From Malacoraja senta (taxonomy: Eukaryota): 64,000 nucleotides of DNA. Numbering within the stretch: the first letter of the stretch is position 1; every line of letters begins with the position of its first letter. A program made the position numbers and the translations under genes. Positions 39,151 to 52,105 of the stretch are shown piece by piece. The DNA lies in contig CM075992.1 of the NCBI GenBank assembly GCA_038087875.1, positions 10,232,001 through 10,296,000 on the forward strand. Direction: 5' to 3'. The notes under the pieces are model-generated. The model did not search any database. It worked only from the letters and a program-made list of their open reading frames with translations, and was not told where the DNA came from.

Positions 39151-42100
39151 GGAGTAATGGATGGTATACTTGCAAGAGATGCTTGGATGGCGTCTCTTGC
39201 AATTGTGCCATCCATTACTCCATTGTGGAGATCTCGCTCAATCTGCACGTCCCCTACCCTCAGATAGAATTGTCCACTGGTCCTGACCCTTTCAACGTTG
39301 CAGCCGCCGTGTTCAACACATCGTTCTCCGACATTTTCGCCGCTCTAACGCAATCCCACCATCACTCCCATCTTTCCAAATGTGCAGACAACTTTACCCA
39401 TGCAGCTTATTGCTTCACAGACCCCTTTCTCATATCTTACGCTTCCCAGTTACTGTCCCTTCAAACGCACAAGATGCCGCACCTACCGCGGCACCTCCTC
39501 CCTCATCTCCATCGAGCGACCACAGTAAGCGTGACTGATGTTCACATGCTCCCATAACTCTCCCACTGCGATGTGGCCAACTTTATATCAACCCGACCAA
39601 ACGTAGGCGAGGGGATGGATTCGACACGAATGATGTATTTAAGATGGAAGGAGTGCAGAAAAGATTTACGATTATGTTGCAGTACTGGGGATCCTAATGT
39701 AATTGGGCGATTGGATCAACTAGGACTTCATTTCTAGTAGCGCACGAATCTAAGAGTTGGTCTTATTATTGTGTATGTTCATGACGGGAATTGATGGGAT
39801 GCATGCATTTGCTTTTACCCAGTGGGTGAGACTCAAGAACCAGAGGACATAAGTTTCTGGGAGTGGAGCCATGTGAAAGGCAACTGATGGGCAACGTTTT
39901 AAACTCAGAAATTGAATATGAAAAAGCTGCCAGAGGAGGTAGTTGAGGCAGGTGGCATAATTGCATAAGAAGACAAATGGATTGATTCATGTGTAGGAGA
40001 GGTCTGGAGTGATGTTGTCAAAATGCAGGCAAATAGGATCGGCCTACTCTCGAGCATTTTAGTCGGCATGGTCGAAATGGGCAGCAAGGCCTGCTTCCTT
40101 GCTGCTTGACTCTGAATATTAATTGGCTTACTTCGTCTACTACGTCATCGCATCCTGAGAATCTGGGGGATAGGAATGCAATGCGTGGGATGACGTGAAG
40201 CACGGCTGTGTGTCCTACCTCGTACTGGAGTTCGATTGAGCTCTAGGGGCTAGCGGAATCAAGGGATATGGGGAGAATTACTGATTTTGGATGACTAGCC
40301 ATGATCACAGTGAATGGCGGTGCTTCCTCGAAAGGCCAAATGGCCTCCTCCCGCACCTATTTTCTATGTTTCTATGGGGCGGTTCGCGCTGCCATGGAAG
40401 GCAGTGTTGTTATGTTTCTTCCCTGCCCAGTGTTACCGATTTTGCCTTTCGTGCAACCTGATTACTTCCCAGTCATTTTTTTGCGCTTGAGGGACATGAT
40501 TCCGGACATGACAGGCCGGGGCGCAACAGGGGCTCAATGCCATTCAAAGAACATCAGTTACCAGGACTTGTAGGGTGAAATCGGTGAAACATGAAGCCAT
40601 ATTCCGTCCAATCATCAAAACTTCTGTCAGCATCACGTTCGAGGCGCCGCTATTTCGTCTTTCGAAATATATAAGGTTATTCCTCGAGGCAGGGCCATAA
40701 AATGGGAAGAAACAGATTCAATAGTGCAAGAGAAGCGGAAATAAATTGGTAGCAGTGGCTTGAGTGACATCAATCAGAGCAAAACATTTCAAAATGAGAT
40801 AAAAAGAGTTTCGAATCACAATTCAGCGGAGTAGTGGAGGGCGACGTCTTAACGGAAGAAATACAGGCTGATATTTTGGAGTTTGCAGCGTCAGAAGGGA
40901 GAACAAATCACTGGGCCACCAGCATGAATAAATCTCCAGATTGATCAATCGCAGCCAACTGGAAATGCAGGGGGGAAATCTGCTGCACATTGGCACAGTT
41001 TGAAGAGCGACATTTTCAGCGACTGAGACCCGTGTTCGATGGTGAGCTCAGGCGCTATGTGTGTGACGTTTGCACGTTCTACCTGTGATCGCGTGGGCTT
41101 CCTCCGGGGCTCCAATTTACTATCTCGTACCAAGGATGGGTCGGTTTATAGGGTAATTGGCCTCTGTAAATTGCTCCTTGTGTTTAGGGAATGGATGAGA
41201 AAGTGCGATAGCGTAAACTACTTTGAACGGGGCGATGAATGGTCAGTACGGACTCGGTTGGCTGAATGGCCTATTTCTATGCTGCAACGCTTTGATAAAT
41301 TCTGGGCTTGTGACAGAGGTCAATCCATCTTTATCAGCGTCTGATGAGAAGACAGGATATCTCGTTATAGCCCCTCATTCTGAACGGTCAGTATTGATAA
41401 CTACACGCCAACGGGCGCACTATTAATATAGGGAAGTTACTTATATAATTTAGTAGGACAGTATTTATATTATAAATGCGTAGCATGTTTCGAAGAATTG
41501 AACGTGTGTTTTTCTGCACATGGGCGAACGTCTCGGAAAGCTCGATGGACTTTTTTTTAATAGTTGCTCGGGGAATTACTTATCCTCGATGCAGCAGGAA
41601 CAGGTCCACGAGGTAATAGATCTAAGGCGAGAGAGAGACATTTAATGCATATTTGAGGGCTAGGTTTCAAAACAGGGCTGTTTTACCTCTGTTTATTGAA
41701 TCAGCGCATAATCTGACAGCAGCGTTAAGAGGATGAATTATTAATTGCATATTCTGAAACAGTGTATGCAAGACTGAGGTTGGAGTTAGTGTGTGTGTCG
41801 TGCTTCAACAAGGCATTGATGCCGTCTTGCTCCATGTGGTATATATGTAAATGTATTAGGCAGTTGATAAATTAACTATTAATGTAGCTTTTTCTGTGAA
41901 TGGATGTACTCTCTCGAAGTCATGATTATCTCGGTTGCACCCATGTCACAGATTTTGTAGATGGACTCCGGAGAGTAGAGCACACAACACGGCTCTCAGT
42001 CAATTAGTCCCAGTGCCGGACTGCACGAAACAGTGCTGCACTGCAGCCTATACCGAATTTTGTTGCCAGTGTTCAGTTCTTCCCTTACAAATTATCATTC

Positions 42101-42252
42101 GAGTAGACTATTTCAAAAGAGAAACAAAGAGAAGCGAAGCTCCGATAATGCAACTAATATTTATTCATACAGCTTTTCAAGCTGTTGTTATAGAGAGTCA
42201 GTTGCAAACAGACCCAAAGACAACTGAAACTCGCGCGAAGGAATCATTGCAC

Positions 42253-43894
42253 TTAACGTGGTTTGCAACATTTGTGCGTGGTGTAGCAAGTTCCGACTTC
42301 CACAAGGCCTTTGGAGCAACGCTTTTTGCATGTTCCACTCTTCCGTCTGCACCGTGCTGCACGACCCAAAGTACAAGAGGAATAATCAGTCTTCAGATCG
42401 TTTATTTACATATGCAGGAGAAATCTAGAGAAGCTTTAAGTGAATATTCTATGCATTGAGGATGCGCCTGAATGCTGGACACGAATAGCCTTTTTCTAAA
42501 CCTGTTCCGCGTTCATGATTTGAACCGAATTAAGAAAAGCCAGTAATTGTAGAATGTTTGAGTTTCCTAAAGGTCCTGGAAGGCTGCATTAGGCAACGTG
42601 ATATAGCAAATGGGCTGAATAAAGGCGAGGATCGTTTTGAGATCAATTTAACAGTTGTAGTTGTCTAAGCGCAGTCAAATATCTGGATGAGTGTCAAGCA
42701 TTGAAATTCATTTAAAATGTGTGTACACCTTTGTTGACATTTTAGATCTAATGGCGAGAGTTCACCTTCGGCACAGGCCAACAGAGAATTGCAAAAAGTT
42801 AGCCCAACGTCAGTGGACACGAGTGGAATGTGGGAAGATGTGAGATCTTTGGCTTTTGATAGAATACGAGCAGCGCAGAGTACTACTCGGAAGGGCTGCC
42901 GCAAATGAGGCATACGAGTCACCAATCCCAGAAGGCATTACGAAAAGGAATGGATGATGAAGTTAACTTTTAGGTCAGGGGAGGAAGGTTTGAAATCATG
43001 GATTCAGTGCATCGGGAGGTCTTAAGACCACGGTTGGATTTATTTTTGACATCCTCAACAAAGGAGTAAATGCTTTAGGACATTTCAGAGAACATTGAGT
43101 AGGATGATCCTTTCTCTCCATTGAATCAGTATTATAAACGCAGGTGCTCGTTTCAAATACAGCAAATCTGTTACTGAATCCACAGTGAATCAATTTTCCC
43201 CCCGTTTATGAAAACAATTTCCCCAAATCAGAATTATTTGTAATTTATCACTGACTATCTGCCCCCTTGTGCAGTGCGTGGCTGGTAAAATTTGTGTAGT
43301 AGGTGTCAAAACCATTATCCATGGACTATCATTGCACCATCACGAAAAAATAGAACACCGCGAAGAGAACAGTTAAGAATCGACTCTCGCCGCGATCATA
43401 CATCGCCTATGGGTCGCCTATATCTTCATCTAAATTACTGTGTGTGTGCGTGTGTGTGTGGGTGTGTGTGTCTGTGTGTGAATGTGTGTGTGTGTGTGTG
43501 TATGTGTGTGTGTGTATGTGTGTGTGTGCGTGCGTGTGCGTGTGTGTGTGTGTGTATGTGTGTGTGTGTGTCTGTGTGTGAATGTGTGTGTGTGTGTGAG
43601 TGTATGTATGTGTGTGCGTGTGTGTGTGTGTGTGTGTATCTGTGTGTGTGTGTGTGTGTCTGTATGTGTGTGTGTGTGTGTATGTGTGTGTGTCTGTGTG
43701 TGACTGTGTGTGTGTGTGTGTGTGCGTGTGTGTATGTGTGTGTGAGTGTGTGTGGGTGTGTATGTGTGTGTGTGCGTGTGTATGTGTGTGTGTGTGTGTG
43801 TGTGTATGTGTGTGTGTCTTTGTGTGTGTGTGTGTATGTGTGTGTGTGTGTGTGTATGTATGTGTGTGCGTGTCTGTGTGTGTGTGTGTGTGTG

Positions 43895-43954
<60 letters not shown>

Positions 43955-44696
43955 TGTGTGTTTGTGTGTGTGCGCGCGCGCCTGCACGTGTGTGTGTGTG
44001 TGTTGGTGCAGAACGAGACTTGCTGAACAGCATTTGTCACAATCCTGCTGTTCGTTTAATTCTTCTCCACTACTTTTCTATCTTCTTAGACCATCCCATT
44101 CTTACATTTCTCTCTGCATCCATTGTACCTGGTTCAGTCTACAGTGATCCACGTCATGCAACATAGGACATGGAACCGTAGAACACAGGAACTGGTCGTT
44201 CTGCCCACTATGTTTGTGCCGCACTTGAAGCCAAGTTAAACTAATCTCATCTGCCTGTACATGTTCGAAATCCCTCTCTTCTCTTCTTTTCCAGGTGTGA
44301 TTCCGAATGCCGTGTCAACTCCACTCTGTGGTTTACTCCAACTATCATCTTTCATGCCCTTCGTGTCACTCTACACCCTTGAAAAACCTGCTTCCTTTAT
44401 TTTCATCAAAACCCTGTGAGATTTCAGCGTGATACCGGCTTCAATGTTTTCCACGTATTTCCAGGGATCTGGGTGAAAGATACCACATACGCCAGGAGAT
44501 AAAACAAAAAGGAAGTGAGGCAAATATAAAACAAAACGATTAAATACACGAATCAACACTCTCCCAATGCTATCGATGAGCGAACTCGAGGACATGTACA
44601 CACAGATGTTTACCCACCCATGTCTTCGTCAACTCCCTCTACGAAAGGATAGGCCAGCAACAACATTCCAAAGAGGAACAGAAGCACGTTTCTCAT
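42253..44696 (-). CDS. Beta-defensin-like precursor, copy C (exons 44696-44618 and 42356-42253): MRNVLLFLFGMLLLAYPFVEGVDEDMARCRRKSGTCKKRCSKGLVEVGTCYTTHKCCKPR
   Basis: Signal peptide is 16/21 identical to copy A. The acceptor gtcgtgcag| is identical to copy A. Exon 2 is open with the same six-Cys spacing, and AATAAA lies at 42165-42160. The donor at the homologous position is lost, so the phase-1 donor ATGG|gtgggt 6 nt downstream is assumed. Confidence 0.82.
43438..44003. repeat. Long imperfect (TG)n microsatellite in the intron of defensin copy C
   Basis: About 565 bp of TG repeats. It accounts for the CV/HT-rich spurious ORFs. Confidence 0.98.
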
Positions 44697-44760
44697 CTTC
44701 GCTTCCGATACAGGGTCAAAGAATGCGAGGAAATATTGTATCTGATCCGAGACGTTGCTC

Positions 44761-44768
44761 TTAATATA
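44761..44768 (-). promoter_or_regulatory. TATA-like box of defensin copy C
   Basis: TATATTAA about 65 bp upstream of the ATG, positionally homologous to the copy A box. Confidence 0.5.
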
Positions 44769-45280
44769 CTGAGCGAGGTAGTGCCTTTCGTTGGCGAGTA
44801 CGATTTGATGACGGTGCCGGCGGGACATTATGTTCGATTTGTTTATGTCGGCGTCCGTCGGTCTGACCATTCTTTTTTGCTCGGGAACAGCGATCAGTTG
44901 CCAGCATGATTTACGTAGCGGTCATGATCTGGTCAGCAATACATGTGTGCGCGTGGGCTCCATTCCGACATTAGCCCGTCACACCGACGCCAGTCTCTGA
45001 AAGAGCCCGCGTGTCAAACTACCACGACTCCTTCCGCACGGTATAGATGTCCGCCTGATTATTGCAACGTGTCGATCCGCGATAAATCAGATCTTCAATT
45101 GGAATATCAGAACTCTTCACAATTTATACTGTGGTATATAAAACACAACCTACTTACGGTTTCATCGCAGTTGCAAACGGCTTTAATGTAAATTTGTGCA
45201 TTTTTTCCAGTGCCTCTCTATTTCTTTTTGTTTCACTGCATTTATTTCCAAATTCAGGTGTATTGCCAGTGTGTTTCTAA

Positions 45281-45517
45281 CACTCACCCAGAGAGTTGTA
45301 AATTTATGGAATTCCCTGCCACAGAGGGTAGTGGAGGCCAAATCACTGGATGGATTTAAGGGAGAGTTAGATAGAGCTCTAGGGGCTAGTTGAATCAAGG
45401 GATATGGGGAGAAGGCAGGCACGGGTTATTGATTGGGGACGATCAGCGATGATCGCAATGAATGGCGGTGCTGGATCGAAGGGCCGAATGGCCTCCTCCT
45501 GCACATATTTTCTATGT
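45281..45517 (+). mobile_element. CR1 3' fragment
   Basis: TQRVVNLWNSLPQRVVEA followed by the CR1 3' UTR. Confidence 0.85.
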
Positions 45518-45619
45518 AATATGATAGACAGTGGGTGCCACGGGTGTGAGTTAATCATGCGACAAAAATGGCAGAACTCCACTCAATAAATTAAGACTGA
45601 GGGTCCAAGGCGTGTCAGT

Positions 45620-46330
45620 CCATCGAACAGCACAAATGATAGAATATATACGATGCCATGTATCCGACCGCGTTTGTTTAAATGTTGTTATAGTACATGT
45701 CTCAGTAACAACTTCTGGAAGCCCGACGGAAATCCCCGCCACCCACTTATTGAGACGGTTGTCCCATCCAGTTCTCTTAAATCACCCTCTCTCCTACATT
45801 AAACCCTTGTCCTATGGTTCACGATTTCCCTATTCTGAGGGGAATTACATTTAACATCAATCCCATCTACTTGCCACCTGATTTTATACCCCTCTTAGAT
45901 ATCACCCCTCAGTCTCCTGAGCTCCAAGAAACAACGTCCAAGCCTCCCAAACATTCCTTATAACACCATCCCTCGCGTCCAAGCCACACACTTCTAAATT
46001 TTCTTTACCTATTTGCGGATTAACGTGTAGTGGGGTAAACCAAACTGAACACAATTGTCCAAACGACGTCTTAGCAACGTATTGTACTCTGTAGCACAAC
46101 ATCCGAACTTTGGCCACATGCCCAGTTGACCAGTTGCTATGTAATTTTGATAACCCTCGTCCGGGTATACAATACCACCTACTTTGGTATCACTTGCTAT
46201 CTACTAGTCATTGTTTGTATATTCTCATCCAAATCAATGATATACACCATAAATAGCAACGGCCCCAACACCGATCCCCGAGGCACACAACTAGTCACAT
46301 GCCGCTAGTCCTAAAGACAATCTTCCAGTC
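45620..46330 (-). mobile_element. Old CR1 RT relic
   Basis: GVPRGSVLGPLLF-like and downstream motifs, highly decayed. Confidence 0.65.
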
Positions 46331-47129
46331 CTGCACCGATCTTATCTAATCATAGTTGATACATGGCTGGTGTTTATTGTACAGTTCTGGATCCCGTAAT
46401 CTCGGTAGGATGGACATTGAAAACGAAAAAAAAATGAAAAGCAATGTGACAAGTTCTAAAAAGTGCGAATATTACATGTTGATTCACATTCAGACAAAGT
46501 GGTGATGGGTCCATTTCTGCGGTGCATGTCCCGATCATCTTTGTTCTGGTCTATCACTGCTGTTTACCTGCTTTACATCTGGTCTGTAAGAACATGCACA
46601 GATCGCGAACTGAGCGCATGAAGCCGATGGCATTCGGTCAACATTCCGTTGTGCTACATCATGCATTCTGACAACAAAAATATTGTACGTGAGCAAAGCT
46701 AAAAGAGCTGGAGCAACTCAACGAGTACAGCAAGCATGTGAGAGGGAATAGACGGATGACATTTCGGCTCGTGACATTTTCTTCACACTCATTTTTCCAC
46801 GAACGGAGGAAGGGTGGTGGGAGACGAGGGATATGGTGGCAAGCGATAGGTGGATTTTTGTGACTGTAGATAGGCAGATGGAAGGAGCAAATGACAAAGT
46901 ACGCACATGGGTGTCTGATAAGAGAGAAGAGGAATGAAATATGAAGTCAGATGAAGGGATACAAGTGGAAAAGTGTAGAGGCGATAAAAGGAAATATAGG
47001 ATTTTGTGGATTGTAGATGTGTATGCTTAGGAGGGGAAAGGCGCCAAATGAGCATGTCATGAGGGTTGATGGGAGAAATTGATCTACAACAGAGTGAGGG
47101 GGGGGGGGGTGAAGGAGGTGGTTGTTGCT

Positions 47130-47625
47130 TAAAACTGGGAAACTCATTGTGCATACTGTTAACTGCAGTAGATGAGTTTCAGGGAGGTGCAAGGGAAGCT
47201 CTGTCTCGCAAGGTTAGCCCATTGTGATCCTTCGGTCGAGGCGAGGGGTGGGGGGATAGATATAGGGACAGGTGTTACAACTCTGGCGGTTGATGGGGAA
47301 AGTACATGGGGTGGGGGTGGTTTGTAGAGGTAGGGTTGAGAGAAACAAGGAGTTGCAAATGAAAAGGTTCCGCAAAATTGGAAATGGAGGAGATGGGAGG
47401 ATGTGAACGATGGTCTGAACACAGAGGTGGGGGAAATGTCGGAAATGATGTATTGGATGCGAAGCTAGTTGGGGTGAAATGTGGGGACCAGGTGAATTCA
47501 TTATTTCTGAATGCAGAGTGTGGCGGTGAGATTTGGAATGCGGGACAGAGACGCGGTTGAGTCCTTCCAAAACATTACATGGTTGAGAGCTTCCTCCACA
47601 ACAAAGTAATGAATGGTGTCCTTGC
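47130..47625 (-). mobile_element. Decayed Penelope-like fragment
   Basis: Similarity by eye to 20225-20500, 26135-26600 and 39190-39625. Confidence 0.55.
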
Positions 47626-48169
47626 AAGAGATTAGGTACAGTCATAGGTTTATTCATTTGTAATTGGTAGGGGAAGAATTAGACCATTCGGCACATCAAG
47701 TCTGTTCGAGTCAGTCACGTTAACGGTCTGAGTCAGTGGGTTTGTAGTACGCGTACACACTGTCACATTGCGCATGTGGTGGGTTTCACCACTGCTCACT
47801 GATACACAGACAGTGAGCAACTCTTCCCTACTGTTTCGGCCCTCTCTAATGATCTCTGTCGGTGTATGTTGACGATGGCCATGCCGACTAGTAGAGTTTA
47901 CAGCTCACGTATTCCGGAATATTAACACATTCTGAAACCCAGACACTTGGTCGTCGGGTGAGAGGAAGATCAGGATTTATATTAACAGTATCAGAGAACA
48001 ATCCATCCACTTTATGGGACATCCTCTGCCGCACAACCTCCCATCAATCTGCATGAAATATTTGCACTGAATAAAACATGTTCCAAGTGGCAATGCGGTT
48101 TTTACCCTTCAGAAACAATATCACACAAACAGGCACTCCGAGGAAATTCAACATGAAGGCGAATAACAC

Positions 48170-50960
48170 ATTATAACCATATAACAATTACAGCACGGAA
48201 ACAGGCCATCTCGGCCCTTCAAGTCTGTGCCGACCACTTTAAAAAAATGTATTACTTCCCCCTAGTCCCATCTACCTGCACCCAGACCATAACCCTCCAT
48301 TCCTTTCCCTTACATATACCCATCCAATCTATTTTTAAATGATAAAATCGAACCTGCCTGCACCACTTCCACTGGAAGCTCGTTCCACACAGCTACCACT
48401 CTCTGAGTAAAGAAGTTCCCCCTAATGTTACCCCTAAACTTCTGTCGCTTAATTCTCAAGTCACGTCCCCTTGTTTGAATCTTCCCTACTCTCAATGGGA
48501 AAAGCTTATCCACGTCAACTCTGTCTAACCCGTTCATAATTTTAAAGACCTCTATCAAGTCCACTCTTAACCTTCTGCGCTCCAAAGAATAAAAACCTAA
48601 CTTGTTCAACCTTTCTCTGTAACTTAGTTGCTGAAACCCAGGCAACATTCTAGTAAATCTCCTCTGTACTCTCTCTATTTTGTTGACATCCTTCCTATAA
48701 TTAGGCGACCAAAATTGTACTCCATACTCCAGAATTGGCCTCACCAATGCCTTGTACAATTTTAACATTACATCCCAACTTCTATATTCAATGCTCTGAT
48801 TTATCAAGGCCAGCGCACCAAAAGCTTTCTTTACCACCCTATCTACATGAGATTCCACCTTCAGGGAACTATGCACAGTTATTCCCAGATCCCTCTGTTC
48901 AACTGCATTCCTCAATTCGCTACTATTTACCATGTACGTCCTATTTTGATTTGTCCTGCCGAGATGTAGCACCTCACATTTATCAGCATTAAACTCCATC
49001 TGCCATCTTTCAGCCCACTCTTCCAAATGGCCTAAATCTCTCTGTAGACTTTGAAAATCTACTTCATTATCCACAACACCACCTATCTTAGTATCATCTG
49101 CATACTTACTAATCCAATTTTCCACACCATCATCCAGATCATTGATGTACATGACAAACAACAGTGGACCCAACACAGACCCCTGAGGCACCCCACTTGT
49201 CACCGGCCTCCAACCTGACAAACAGCCATCCACCATTACACTCTGGCATCTCCCATTCAGTCACTGTTGAATCCATCTTGCTACTCCACCATTAATACCC
49301 AACAAGTGTATCTTCTTAACCAACCTTCCACGAGGAACCTTGTCAAAGGCCTTACTGAAGTCCATATAGACTACATCCACTACTTTACCCTAATCAATTT
49401 CCCTAGTAACCTCTTCGGAAAATTCAAGAAGATTAGTCAAACATGACCTTCCAGGCACAAATCCATGTTGACTGTTCCTAATCAGACCCTGCTTATCCAG
49501 ATGCTTATATATATATTATCTCTAAGTATCCTTTCCATTAATTTGCCCACCACTGACGTCAAACTAACAGGTCTATAATTGCCAGGTTTACACTTAGAAC
49601 CCTTTTTTAAACAACAGAACAACATGCGCAGTACGCCAATCCTCCGGCACTATTCCCGTTTCTAATGACATTTGAAATATTTCTGTCATAGCCCCTGCTA
49701 TTTCTACACTAACTTCCCTCAATGTCCTAGGGAATATCCTGTCGGGACCTGGAGACTTATCCGTTTTCATATTTTTCAAAAGTGTCCGCACCTCCTCTTC
49801 TTTGAATCTCATAGTTTCCATTGCTACTCTGCTTGTTTCCCTTTACCTCACATAATTCCACATACTTCTCCTTGGTGAACACCGAAGAAAATAAATTGTT
49901 CAATATCTCCCCCATCTCTTTTGACTCTGCAGATAGCTGTCTACTCTGACTCTCTAATGGTCCAATTTTATTCCTTGTTATCCTTTTGCTATTAATATAG
50001 CTGTAGAAACCATTTGGATTTACTTTCACCTTACTTGCCAAAGCAACCTCATATCTTCTTTTAGCTTTTCTAATTTATTTCTTAATATTCTTTTTACATT
50101 CTTTGTACTCCTCAAGCACCTCATTTACTCCATGCTGCCCATAATAATTGTAGATCTCTCTCTTTTTCCGAACCAAGTGTCCAATTTCTGTGAAAACCAT
50201 GGCTCTTTCCAATTTTTAATATTTCCTTTCAACCGAACAGGGACATAAAGATTCTGTACTCTTAAAATGTCACCTTTAAATCTCCTCCATTCCTCTTCTA
50301 CATCCTTCCCATAAAACAACATGTCCCAATTCACTCCTTTTAAATCCTTTCGCATCTCCTCAAAGTTAGCCTTTCTCCAATCAAAAATCTCAACCCTAGG
50401 TCCAGTTCTGACCCTCTCCATAATTATATTGAAACGAATGGTATTGTGATCACTGGACTCGAAGTGCTCCCCAACGCATACCTCCGCCATCTGCCGTGTC
50501 TCATTTCCTAACAGGAGGTCCAGCACTGTCCCGTCTCTATTAGGTACCTCTATGTTTTGCTGCAAAAAACTATCCTGCACACATTTTACAAATCCAAACC
50601 ATCCAGCCCTTTTACAGAATGTGTTTCCCAGTCTATGTGTGGAAAATTGAAATCTCCCACAATCACTAGCTTGTGCTTACTACTAATATCTGCTATCTCC
50701 TTACATATTTGCTCTTCCAATTCTCGCTCCCCATTTGGCGGTCTATAATACACCCCTATAAGTGTTGCTACACCTTTCCCATTTCTCAGTTCCACCCAAA
50801 TAGCCTCCCTAGATGAGCCCTCTAATCTATCCTGCCAAAGCACTGCTGTAATATCTTCCATGACAAGCAATGCAACACCCCCACTTCTTTCCCCTCCAAT
50901 TCTATCACCCCTGAAGCAACGAAATCCTGGAATATTTAGTTTCCAATCACAGCCCTCCTT
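48170..50960 (-). mobile_element. CR1 LINE ORF2 (endonuclease + RT), frameshifted
   Basis: ORFs 50586-50870, 50125-50580 and 48310-49236 (GVPQGSVLGPLLF, KYADDTK) with a short tandem tail. Confidence 0.95.
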
Positions 50961-51189
50961 ATCATCCCTACTACATTAAATGGCGCGCACTTACTACCGA
51001 TGGGGCGCAGACATTGCAGGAAAATTACCTGAATTCATTGTTTCTACGTTCACAGAAGAGGAGTTGCAAACATACCTGTAATGTTCCGGAACGCAGCATT
51101 TTAGTGAGGCTAAATAATATTTGTCCTGTGCACTAAATGCAGTGGCACGAAAAATAGACGATGCGTTGATGCTTTTACCCAGCATTACA

Positions 51190-51905
51190 TAAGACCATAA
51201 GAAATAGAAAAATAATTAGGCCATTCTCCCATCAAATGTGCTCCGCAATTCGACCATGGCGGATCAATTTTTCTCTCTCGATCCCATTCCATTGCTTTCT
51301 CGTCGTAACCTTTTACGACGGACTAATCATGAATCTTTCAACCTGAGCTTTAAAACTACCCGACACCTTGGTATCCACATGCATCTGTAGCAAGGAACTC
51401 CACAAATCCACCACCATCTGGCTTAAGAAATTCCTCCTTATCTCAAATCTAAAGGGAATTCATTTTCATCTGAGATTGTACCCTCTGGAGCGAGAATCCC
51501 CTACAACTGCACACATCCTCTCCATATTCACTTTATCCAGGGCTTTCATTATTCCGAACGTCTCAATGAGACACCTCGCTCCTCACCTTTGTACACTTAA
51601 GCAAGTATGGGGCCAGAGCCATCAACCGCTCTTCATACTTTAACCCAATCATCCCTACTATCATTTTCGGACACTTGTGGACTCTCTACTATGCAGCATA
51701 TGCGCTGCTCAATACTGCTCACAGTATTCCACATGTTAATTCATATCGCTTCATATACCATCAGCATAATATTCTTGCTTTTTAATATAGTCCTATCGAA
51801 ATGAATGCTAACATTTCATTTACGTTCCTTACTGCAGGCTACACATTTCCCATTTGGAAATCCTGCACCAGCATCCCCCTATGCATCTCCGACCTGATTC
51901 TTCTC
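51190..51905 (-). mobile_element. Old CR1 3' relic
   Basis: Decayed 3' RT/UTR with a (CTTATG)n-like tail, resembling ~23600-24520 in inverted orientation. Confidence 0.65.
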
Positions 51906-52105
51906 NNNNNNNNNNNNNNNNNNNNNNNNNNNNNNNNNNNNNNNNNNNNNNNNNNNNNNNNNNNNNNNNNNNNNNNNNNNNNNNNNNNNNNNNNNNNNNN
52001 NNNNNNNNNNNNNNNNNNNNNNNNNNNNNNNNNNNNNNNNNNNNNNNNNNNNNNNNNNNNNNNNNNNNNNNNNNNNNNNNNNNNNNNNNNNNNNNNNNNN
52101 NNNNN
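51906..52105. other. Assembly gap (200 N)
   Basis: Run of N. Confidence 1.

Noticed and set aside
41935..42459. 174-aa Cys-containing plus-strand ORF
   Set aside because: It is the antisense of defensin copy C exon 2 and its 3' flank, and is not conserved in the paralogous units.
43292..44166. Long Cys/Val and His/Thr-rich ORFs
   Set aside because: Translation artefacts of the (TG)n microsatellite.
50994..51185. Minus-strand ORF containing LKCCVPEHYR followed by gtatgt, resembling a defensin C-terminus
   Set aside because: No upstream cysteines in the required spacing in any frame, and no matching acceptor or signal exon.
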